DNA of 64,000 nt from a virus. The notes under the pieces were generated by a model. The model was given only the letters and a program-made list of their open reading frames with translations, ran no database searches and was not told the origin of the DNA. Position 1 is the first letter of the stretch. Every line of letters starts with the position of its first letter. Below are positions 18,916 through 26,300 of this stretch, piece by piece. The stretch lies in IMG/VR virus record IMGVR_UViG_3300001347_000003; one strand, given 5' to 3'. The translations under genes were made by a program, and so were the position numbers.

Positions 18916-19134
18916 ATGAGAACAACAGAACAGATTGCTCAACTATTTGAAAACATGGGTTATGTAATTGATTACGTAGTAGGAAACACCATTGAAGTAG
19001 TAAAGTATGACGGCAGCGATTGGACAGACCGAGAATTGGATATGTTATATGATGAAGCAGGTATGTATGACAGCGTTCGAGTAAGTCAAATTTATAATGA
19101 CCCTAGCGTTGCCCAAGTCGAAGTAGGGGTATAA
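18916..19134 (+). CDS. Small acidic protein 3
   Basis: 72 aa, preceded by AAAAACAGAGAT. Confidence 0.7.
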   Translation: MRTTEQIAQLFENMGYVIDYVVGNTIEVVKYDGSDWTDRELDMLYDEAGMYDSVRVSQIYNDPSVAQVEVGV

Positions 19135-19159
19135 CCCAGTTGACGAAAAGAATTAGGAC

Positions 19160-19414
19160 ATGGAATATGAATTGGAAATAAACGTTTACGGACAGGACGA
19201 AGACCACGTAACACGCGAATTGAAAAAAGACGGTTTCTCTGATAATTGGAGCAACAACAACCCTAACGAATATGGGGTACTGTATTTTTACAACGATGGT
19301 GTATACGGAAATTCAGTAGTTGTCACCTTTGTTCTTGAAGAGTACGAAGACCGTTATATCGATGAACTGATTGACTACTTAGAACGGGATCTGAGATGGG
19401 AGATTGGATATTAA
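19160..19414 (+). CDS. Small acidic protein 4
   Basis: 84 aa; about 21 D+E versus 6 K+R by hand count. Confidence 0.7.
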   Translation: MEYELEINVYGQDEDHVTRELKKDGFSDNWSNNNPNEYGVLYFYNDGVYGNSVVVTFVLEEYEDRYIDELIDYLERDLRWEIGY

Positions 19415-19427
19415 AAACAACAGAGAT

Positions 19428-19667
19428 ATGATTGACGATATAATTTACGAGCTTGAAGGAAATGGATATGATGTTACAGATGAGGGAGGCAATACCTTAT
19501 TTGTGAGTGTGTTGGATACTGTATCGCCAGGGCCAGGAGGCATTTACAACATGATGCCAAATGAAAATATGTTGGACGATATTTACGAAACTGCTTCGAT
19601 GTATGCCGCAGTTAATGTATTTATTGACCGTGGAGCGAGAGGTGTAGTGGTAGAAGTTTTACGCTAA
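19428..19667 (+). CDS. Small acidic protein 5 (paralogue of protein 3)
   Basis: ATG at 19428 follows the repeated leader AAAAACAACAGAGAT; preferred to the TTG at 19404. Confidence 0.7.
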   Translation: MIDDIIYELEGNGYDVTDEGGNTLFVSVLDTVSPGPGGIYNMMPNENMLDDIYETASMYAAVNVFIDRGARGVVVEVLR

Positions 19668-19678
19668 ACAACAGAGAT

Positions 19679-19951
19679 ATGCAGGTTTTAAAAAATTTTT
19701 TAAGCGGTGCAACGCAAAGCGAAGCACTAGGTGTAGTTTATTCTTGTTTGGAAGATGCAAATGCGCATTCTGAAAACAGAAAATTAGAACAAGCATTTGG
19801 GAACATTGATTATTCTTATATGCCCTACGACGCTGCGTCACACGTTACAAGTGCCGTTGGTTACAACATAGACGAAGTAATAGATGAACTAATCGATGCT
19901 TTAGATATGACTGGCTTTAGAGATATAGCTGATTTTTTATCGCAATTTTAA
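19679..19951 (+). CDS. Small acidic protein 6
   Basis: 90 aa, preceded by AAACAACAGAGAT. Confidence 0.7.
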   Translation: MQVLKNFLSGATQSEALGVVYSCLEDANAHSENRKLEQAFGNIDYSYMPYDAASHVTSAVGYNIDEVIDELIDALDMTGFRDIADFLSQF

Positions 19952-19954
19952 AAA

Positions 19955-20866
19955 ATGGAGCGCAAACTTGTTGAACTACTTATCGAAGAAGGTTCGAGTG
20001 CATGGGGCGTAGAGGCAATTAGCCTTGTAAAGTTTCCTGCAATCGAAGAGAACTTTGTTTTCTTTAGCAAGGACGGCAACACACGTGCCATGAGTTTAGC
20101 TGCTGTAGACGAAGACCAGCGTACAGTAGTGGGTGCAGCTTTGATTCCTGACAAACACATTCCTAGGATTGACGAAAATACCGATGAAGAATACGATGTG
20201 TACTTCAGTAAGGAAACAGTCAAATTAGCGAGTGAGTTATTTCTAAAGCAGAACCGAACTAACGACCATACTAAAGAGCATCTTGAAAAAGTAGATGATG
20301 TAAGCGTAGTTGAAAGCTGGATCGTAGAAGACCCTGAACTAGACAAAAGCAAAGTATACGGGTTTTCTGTTCCTGAAGGAACATGGATGGTAAAACTTCA
20401 GGTAGCTAACGATGAAGTTTGGAGCGAGATTAAGGAAGGCAAGCTCCGAGGCTTAAGCATCGAGGGCTATTTCTCAGATAAAGTAGAAGAAATGAGTAAG
20501 TCGCTATCTATGAAAAAAGTATTTAAGAAATTGTGGTTTGCTGTCAAGCGTAAATTTTACCAAGAGGTGACGCTAAGTGAAGGCTTTACGATTGCTACTG
20601 AAGATGAAAATCTTACGGCGGGAAGCGTAGTGTTTAAAATCGACGAAGAAGGATTGCCTGCTGAACTTCCTAACGGTAAGTACACTACTGAAGCAGGCGT
20701 AGAACTAGAAGTTTTTGAAGGCGTATTGACAGAGTACGATAACGAAGTAAAGGCAGTCGAAGATGCAGTCGAAGAAACGGAGATGGAAGTAGTAGAATTA
20801 AATCAGCGTAAGGTCAAGTTCTATACAGCGTACCTAAAGCGTAAATACTACAACACCTACGGATGA
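19955..20866 (+). CDS. Prohead protease (XkdF-like) with acidic C-terminal region
   Basis: VVGAALIPD...VVESWIVED...GTWMV...GKLRGLSIEGYF. Confidence 0.8.
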   Translation: MERKLVELLIEEGSSAWGVEAISLVKFPAIEENFVFFSKDGNTRAMSLAAVDEDQRTVVGAALIPDKHIPRIDENTDEEYDVYFSKETVKLASELFLKQNRTNDHTKEHLEKVDDVSVVESWIVEDPELDKSKVYGFSVPEGTWMVKLQVANDEVWSEIKEGKLRGLSIEGYFSDKVEEMSKSLSMKKVFKKLWFAVKRKFYQEVTLSEGFTIATEDENLTAGSVVFKIDEEGLPAELPNGKYTTEAGVELEVFEGVLTEYDNEVKAVEDAVEETEMEVVELNQRKVKFYTAYLKRKYYNTYG

Positions 20867-21129
20867 ATCCTTTAATCGATAGAATTTGGTCTACTTGGAC
20901 AAACACGAGTCAGGAAGAATTGCTTTTAATGCTACGTGAATTTCGGTTTGACTATTTTTTTGAGGACAGTTTTTTACACGCTTTAGACATTGTCGAAGAA
21001 GCAATTTTAGAGGAGGACTACGAACGAGCAATGATTATTTTTCAGGAGATGAAGCCGTCAGGTATTTTTCTGCCGAGGGACTTTGACTTGTTTATGGAAA
21101 TTTTAGACGAAGCCAATTATGGGTATTAA
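20863..21129 (+). CDS. Small acidic hypothetical protein
   Basis: 88 aa, ATGA-coupled to the protease gene. Confidence 0.65.
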   Translation: MNPLIDRIWSTWTNTSQEELLLMLREFRFDYFFEDSFLHALDIVEEAILEEDYERAMIIFQEMKPSGIFLPRDFDLFMEILDEANYGY

Positions 21130-21151
21130 CAACCAACATATATTTAAAAAA

Positions 21152-21673
21152 ATGCGTAACAGAAAATTCGCAGAAGACGAGGTAGTCGTTGAAGAAGAAA
21201 CTACCGTGACTGAAGAAACCGTGGAAGAAAGCCTCGACTACCACGATCAATTTGTATCAATTTTAGTTGACATGGGGCTGTCAGCAGAACAAGCTGAAGC
21301 TGTGCATACGATGGCTATGGACTTAATCGATGCAGGCGAAGGCGAAGAAATCACAGAAGAAGTGAGTGAAGAAGTAAAAGTCGAGGCTTCACGCCAACGA
21401 CGAAACCGACGAAGCCAACGAGCAGAATTTTCTCGTGGGCGTTCAGCACGACCAGAGCGTCGTGAACTATCCGCTACGGATAAAATGGAACAACGATTGA
21501 ATCGCTTGGAGCGTTCTAACCGTGCTTTGCGTAGTCAGCTACGCGAATTCGGGGCAGCACCTGCTACCCGTGGAGTACGAACTGCGCCAACGCAATTGTC
21601 TCAATCCAAGGTCAAACCAAATCTTAGTGCGCCAACAGCGGCTGCATTGGAGATGATTAATAACTACCGATAA
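21152..21673 (+). CDS. Probable capsid scaffolding protein
   Basis: Directly upstream of the capsid gene; acidic N-half, Arg-rich and coiled-coil C-half; alternative start 21119. Confidence 0.6.
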   Translation: MRNRKFAEDEVVVEEETTVTEETVEESLDYHDQFVSILVDMGLSAEQAEAVHTMAMDLIDAGEGEEITEEVSEEVKVEASRQRRNRRSQRAEFSRGRSARPERRELSATDKMEQRLNRLERSNRALRSQLREFGAAPATRGVRTAPTQLSQSKVKPNLSAPTAAALEMINNYR

Positions 21674-22731
21674 TGCGACATAATTATCCAACAGTACAAA
21701 ATCGTGCAGTACGTAGGCAGTTTAACAACCCTGAAGTTTTACCTAATACTACGTATGCAGGTGTGCTTGCTGCGCCTTTCGTTGCCCCTGCCCTTAAATT
21801 GGCTGACACGTTAAACAAAGGTTTTGTTCGTCAGATTGACGGCATCCAAAACAAAGCCGTTATTTCTAGCTTTTCTTCTGATACAGGAGTAATTCAAGCT
21901 GCGAGTTGCGATTGGTCAGATGGTGATAACATGACACTTGGTGAGCGAGTTTTAGAACTTACCGATCTTGCAGTAATGGAGGCTTTGTGCCGTGGTACTT
22001 TGCTCCCAACGTGGGCAGGTATGACTGGCTCACGGGAAACCATGACAGCAGGTTCTCCTGAGTTTGTAAACTTTAGCCTTGCAACCATTGCAGGCTATGC
22101 AGCCCAAGGCGTAGAGAACGGAATTTGGCAGGGCGGTATGGCCGCAGGTCAAAAAGGTTTTCTTTCTAATGACGGGGTTTTAGATGTAACGGGCTATCAA
22201 GCCTCAATCCTTGGTACACGCTCAGGAGGTGTTGCTATTGTCAATGAAGTTGTAGCAGACGCTGCTTCATTTGCAGGTGCTGCTTCATTTATCGTAGGTG
22301 CAACGGGTGCATTTAATTTGGTTTATCAGAACGCTTTGACAAACTGCCCTGCTATCTTGAACCGTACAGACGTTGCTTACTACTGCTCGCCAAAAACAGC
22401 AGGACAGTATATGCTAGGTCTTGCAATTTCAGGCGCACATCAAGGTGTGAATATGCAGTCTACAGACCAAGCGTTTGATACATTGCAATATCTCGGTATT
22501 CCAATTCACGTATGCCCAGGTATGTTTGATGACATCTTGGTTTTGACGTATGAAGAGAACTTGGTAGTTGGTTCAAACTTGAACACGGATTACACTACAG
22601 CGCAGTACATCGACGCTTGGCAGTATGACGGCTCAGACAACGTTAAAATCGTTATGCGATTTGGAACAGGGATGCAAGTTGGAATTCCTGGTGATGTCGT
22701 AGTTGGTGGAGACACCACACTATTTGCTTAA
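21673..22731 (+). CDS. Major capsid protein
   Basis: 352 aa; TTYAG...ASCDW...TLGERVLE...LCR...W pattern recalled from Bacteroidota phage capsids; follows protease and scaffold. Confidence 0.8.
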   Translation: MRHNYPTVQNRAVRRQFNNPEVLPNTTYAGVLAAPFVAPALKLADTLNKGFVRQIDGIQNKAVISSFSSDTGVIQAASCDWSDGDNMTLGERVLELTDLAVMEALCRGTLLPTWAGMTGSRETMTAGSPEFVNFSLATIAGYAAQGVENGIWQGGMAAGQKGFLSNDGVLDVTGYQASILGTRSGGVAIVNEVVADAASFAGAASFIVGATGAFNLVYQNALTNCPAILNRTDVAYYCSPKTAGQYMLGLAISGAHQGVNMQSTDQAFDTLQYLGIPIHVCPGMFDDILVLTYEENLVVGSNLNTDYTTAQYIDAWQYDGSDNVKIVMRFGTGMQVGIPGDVVVGGDTTLFA

Positions 22732-22741
22732 TAAGTAAAGT

Positions 22742-23281
22742 ATGGCTTGCGATATTTCAAGCGGACGGATAGTCGATTGTAAAGATCAAGTCGGCGGGAT
22801 TAGCCGTGTATACATAGGCAACTATGCAGACATGATTAATAACGCTACGTGGACAGCAGCAACTAACGATACAGTTACTGCTATTGCTGCACAAGATTTT
22901 TATCAATTTGACGTTCGCCCCGAAACGAGTTCTATGACAGTCACTTACGCAAGTGACCCTGCCGCAGGAACTACGTTTTTCGAACAAGCATTATCTCTGA
23001 CATTTCAAAAGCTGGATGCTACAGATATTGCTGATATACGTGCGCTGTGCCAAGGGCGGCCTAACATTTGGGTTGAAGACAACAATTCCAACGTATGGTT
23101 GCTAGGTGCAGAATTTGGATGTAACGTAACAGGGGGCAACCTTGTTACGGGGACATCCTTTGCAGATTTGACGGGTTACACTATTGACTTCTCAGGACGA
23201 GAATCAAACCCTGTTTGGATTGCATCACCAGGTTCGGTGGGTAGTCCATTGAGTGGGGTAACGGGTGTAACTGTAGTATAA
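22742..23281 (+). CDS. Major tail (tube) protein
   Basis: MACDISSGR..DCKDQVGG...FYQFD...GTTFFEQ; cotranscribed with the capsid gene ahead of a terminator. Confidence 0.7.
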   Translation: MACDISSGRIVDCKDQVGGISRVYIGNYADMINNATWTAATNDTVTAIAAQDFYQFDVRPETSSMTVTYASDPAAGTTFFEQALSLTFQKLDATDIADIRALCQGRPNIWVEDNNSNVWLLGAEFGCNVTGGNLVTGTSFADLTGYTIDFSGRESNPVWIASPGSVGSPLSGVTGVTVV

Positions 23282-23295
23282 ATTTGGGTTAGAGG

Positions 23296-23333
23296 AAAGG
23301 GGGGAAGGTTCTGCTTTGCCTTCCCCCTTTTTT
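23296..23333 (+). terminator. Rho-independent terminator
   Basis: GGGGGAAGG (23300-23308) / CCTTCCCCC (23319-23327) stem followed by T6. Confidence 0.85.
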
Positions 23334-23351
23334 GATTACATAAGACAGAAT

Positions 23352-23714
23352 ATGATACAACTTACCAACGATGCAGGTTACCAATCGTTCTATCTAAAGC
23401 TAGATGGATATGACACTACAGCATTAACGAACGTCAGGGTTACAATCGTAAATCAATTGACTGGTAAGTTGACGGCTTTTGGATCGGTTACGCCTACGGC
23501 AGCGAACGGTAGGTATACGACCATTCAAATCGAAATAGCGGCTAGTCCAAAACTTGTTGAAGGTTTGTATTTGTTGACAGTCAAAAATGATGCAAACAAT
23601 GTAACTTACGCTAAACGTCTTGCGTTTGTTTCAAGCACACCTGCCTTTGAAGAATCGACATACACGCCGTATGAAGAAAACGATACAGACGCATACAACG
23701 TATACGCACAATGA
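23352..23714 (+). CDS. Hypothetical virion protein
   Basis: ATG at 23352, downstream of the terminator; ATGA-coupled to the portal gene. Confidence 0.65.
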   Translation: MIQLTNDAGYQSFYLKLDGYDTTALTNVRVTIVNQLTGKLTAFGSVTPTAANGRYTTIQIEIAASPKLVEGLYLLTVKNDANNVTYAKRLAFVSSTPAFEESTYTPYEENDTDAYNVYAQ

Positions 23715-25681
23715 ATAAGCAGAACTTCTCAATTTTACAGTATCAAGCTACTAACGTTCCTCTTTTTCGAGAGAGTCAGAATAAGCTGTGGATTGATATG
23801 GGCGTTGACAATCTATACCCACACTACTTAGAAGAACTTTTTGCTAGTTCAAGTATGCACGGTGCAATCATTAAAGGCGCAAGCGAAATGATTTATGGTG
23901 AAGGCTTGAATGCAATTGGAAAAGATAAACACGTTGACCAATGGCTAAAGGTAAATTCTATTTTTGGCGATGGATCGTGTTTAAAGAAAGCTGCCTTTGA
24001 CCTAAAGCTATACGGTCAATGCTACTTAAATATCATTTGGAGTCAAGACCGAACTACGGTTAGCCGTGTATACCATTTGCCAGCCGCTACTATTCGATGC
24101 GGCATAGCTGACGATGAAGATAATATCCCTTTGTTCTATCATAAAAAGGATTGGGACAAACAGCAAGAAGAGCCTTTAGTCATTCCCGCTTTCAATACCA
24201 ACGATAGAACTGCGCCTTCGCAATGCTTGCATATCAAAATGTATACGCCATTATCGTTTTACTATGGCGCACCCGATTATCAAGCAGGCACAAATTGGGC
24301 GCAAATAGCGTCTGATTTATCCGACTACCATCTTTCCACAATTTCTCAGGGCTTCTTTCCTAGTACCATTATGTCTTTTTTTGGGGGCGTACCAACAGAA
24401 GAAGAACGTGCTGAATTAGAGCGATTAGTTTATAACAAGTTCGGAGGGGCGAACAACGCAGGTAAAATCTTGATGACGTTTAATGACTCACAAGACACAG
24501 CCCCAACTGTTGAAAGTTTTAATATATCCGATGCTCACCAAATCTTTGACTATCTAAGTGAGCAATGCGATAAAAAAGTATTGTCAGCGCATAGGGTAAC
24601 TTCCCCGTTGCTATTTGGTTTGCGCGATACAGGAGGAGGTTTTGGAAACAATGCTGATGAGATGAAAGAGTCGTATGACTTGTTCTATAACACAGTCATT
24701 TTACCTTTCCAACGTCTCTTGCTTGACGGCTTACGTCCAGTCTTTGCAGCGAGTAACGTTACGCTTGAATTGTACTTTACACCTATGAAGCCTGCATCAT
24801 TTGTAGACGTAGATAATTTGTTTAATCCTGTAGCAGCAGGCGATAGTTCAGATAAAGATGCGAGTTATGATGGCGGGCAAATTGGAAGCGCGGTTGATGT
24901 CTTAGTCAAAGTGCAAGAAGGGCTTATTACAGTTGATCAAGCTAAAGTATTCTTAGTGCAGATGTTGCAATTTACACCTGAAGTAGCAGATGCTTTGTTT
25001 AGGGAAGGCGTAGACGCAATCGAAGAAGTACAGAAGGAAGAGGTACAAGAAGAGGCAATTGCAGAAACGCAGTTAAAAAAAAAAGACTCTGAGTTAAAGA
25101 AGCGCATGAGGGCTTTGGACGCAAGGTTGGGCGAAGATTACTATCACGTAAAATCTGAATTGGTAGATGATGATGGGATTGATGAAATGCTACACGCTAA
25201 GAAGCATTTGTTTTATGCTGAATACTCAAACGTAGAAGATGTTTCCGAGTACGATATAATTGGAAAAGATGACTACTTGTTTGCGGTTAGGTATCGATAC
25301 GCAGAAACCGCTACTACGCCTGCACAGAGCAACGAAAGCAGGGACTACTGCGTAGACATGATGGAACTTTCCGATGATGGTGTTATCTATCGTTACGAAG
25401 ACATAGAGGATATGTATTATGAAAATCCTGAATTTAATCACCCTGGCACATCGGGTTTCGACAAGTTCACCCTAAAGGGCGGTATCTATTGCAGGCATGG
25501 ATGGCAAAGGGAAATCTTTATTTACGCTCCTGACGGTGAACCAAAGGAAATGGATATGATAGAAATTGAAGGAAATTGGGATGACGTAATGCGTAGGGTT
25601 GGCAATAACCCTGACGTAGTACAGAAGGGAGAAGAATACATTGCACCAATTGATATGCCTAATAGGGGCGCATATAACTAA
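23711..25681 (+). CDS. Portal protein with long C-terminal extension
   Basis: DNLYPHYL...DLKLYGQCY...GANNAGK...AHRVTSPLLFG portal pattern; C-terminal KGGIYCRHGW domain after an A10 run. Confidence 0.85.
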   Translation: MNKQNFSILQYQATNVPLFRESQNKLWIDMGVDNLYPHYLEELFASSSMHGAIIKGASEMIYGEGLNAIGKDKHVDQWLKVNSIFGDGSCLKKAAFDLKLYGQCYLNIIWSQDRTTVSRVYHLPAATIRCGIADDEDNIPLFYHKKDWDKQQEEPLVIPAFNTNDRTAPSQCLHIKMYTPLSFYYGAPDYQAGTNWAQIASDLSDYHLSTISQGFFPSTIMSFFGGVPTEEERAELERLVYNKFGGANNAGKILMTFNDSQDTAPTVESFNISDAHQIFDYLSEQCDKKVLSAHRVTSPLLFGLRDTGGGFGNNADEMKESYDLFYNTVILPFQRLLLDGLRPVFAASNVTLELYFTPMKPASFVDVDNLFNPVAAGDSSDKDASYDGGQIGSAVDVLVKVQEGLITVDQAKVFLVQMLQFTPEVADALFREGVDAIEEVQKEEVQEEAIAETQLKKKDSELKKRMRALDARLGEDYYHVKSELVDDDGIDEMLHAKKHLFYAEYSNVEDVSEYDIIGKDDYLFAVRYRYAETATTPAQSNESRDYCVDMMELSDDGVIYRYEDIEDMYYENPEFNHPGTSGFDKFTLKGGIYCRHGWQREIFIYAPDGEPKEMDMIEIEGNWDDVMRRVGNNPDVVQKGEEYIAPIDMPNRGAYN

Positions 25682-25686
25682 ACAAC

Positions 25687-26271
25687 ATGGCAACTACACT
25701 ATACATAAGTTCAAGCAAGCTAAAGCGAGATACAGCACTTGGAAGCACGGTTGATGACAACCTCTTGCAGCCTTACATAAAGATTGCACAGGACAGATGG
25801 ATTTTACCTGCTTTAGGTACAGAACTAGAAAACAAAATCAGCGCATTGATTGATGCTGATGAAGTAGCAAATCCTGGTAACGAAGCCTACGCAACGCTTT
25901 TAAACGATTACATACAGCCGTGTTTGGTGCAGCTTGCTTTTACGGAAGTTGCCTATGTAGTGCGTATGAAGTTTGCAAACAATAGCGTAGTAGTAAACGG
26001 ATCAGAACAAGGTTCTGCCGCAAGCCTTACAGACATTAAAGTTATTGTAGAGCAATCAAACGAAATCGGTATGTTTTACCGTCAGCGTATGATTACGTAT
26101 CTTCAGTTTAACAGCGGTTTATTTCCTGAATACACATCAAATACAGGGGCTGACCTTTCACCATCTCAACGCAATTATTTTGGAGGACTCAACGTGTACC
26201 CAAGAATTCCCACAAACAATCAGCTCAAAGCAATTGCAACAGCTTTGGGCATTAGATATTACAACGCGTAA
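25687..26271 (+). CDS. Head-tail adaptor protein
   Basis: Follows the portal; LYIS...VDDNLLQPYIKIAQ...LGTEL pattern. Confidence 0.6.
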   Translation: MATTLYISSSKLKRDTALGSTVDDNLLQPYIKIAQDRWILPALGTELENKISALIDADEVANPGNEAYATLLNDYIQPCLVQLAFTEVAYVVRMKFANNSVVVNGSEQGSAASLTDIKVIVEQSNEIGMFYRQRMITYLQFNSGLFPEYTSNTGADLSPSQRNYFGGLNVYPRIPTNNQLKAIATALGIRYYNA

Positions 26272-26300
26272 TCATTTAAAACTTCAGAAATACTTAAACG

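Larger units (their letters stand above)
18903..19681 (+). repeat. Three copies of the junction motif TAA-A(A)ACA(AC)AGAGAT-ATG (18903-18918, 19412-19430, 19665-19681)
   Basis: Read directly; core ACAGAGATATG identical in all three. Confidence 0.85.

Noticed and set aside
18903-19681. CRISPR-like or integron attC array reading of the junction repeats
   Set aside because: Repeats are only 11-19 nt, non-palindromic and separated by whole genes; no cas or integrase gene
23316-23351. Track start of the 132-aa ORF
   Set aside because: It lies within the terminator hairpin; ATG 23352 with an A-rich leader is more plausible
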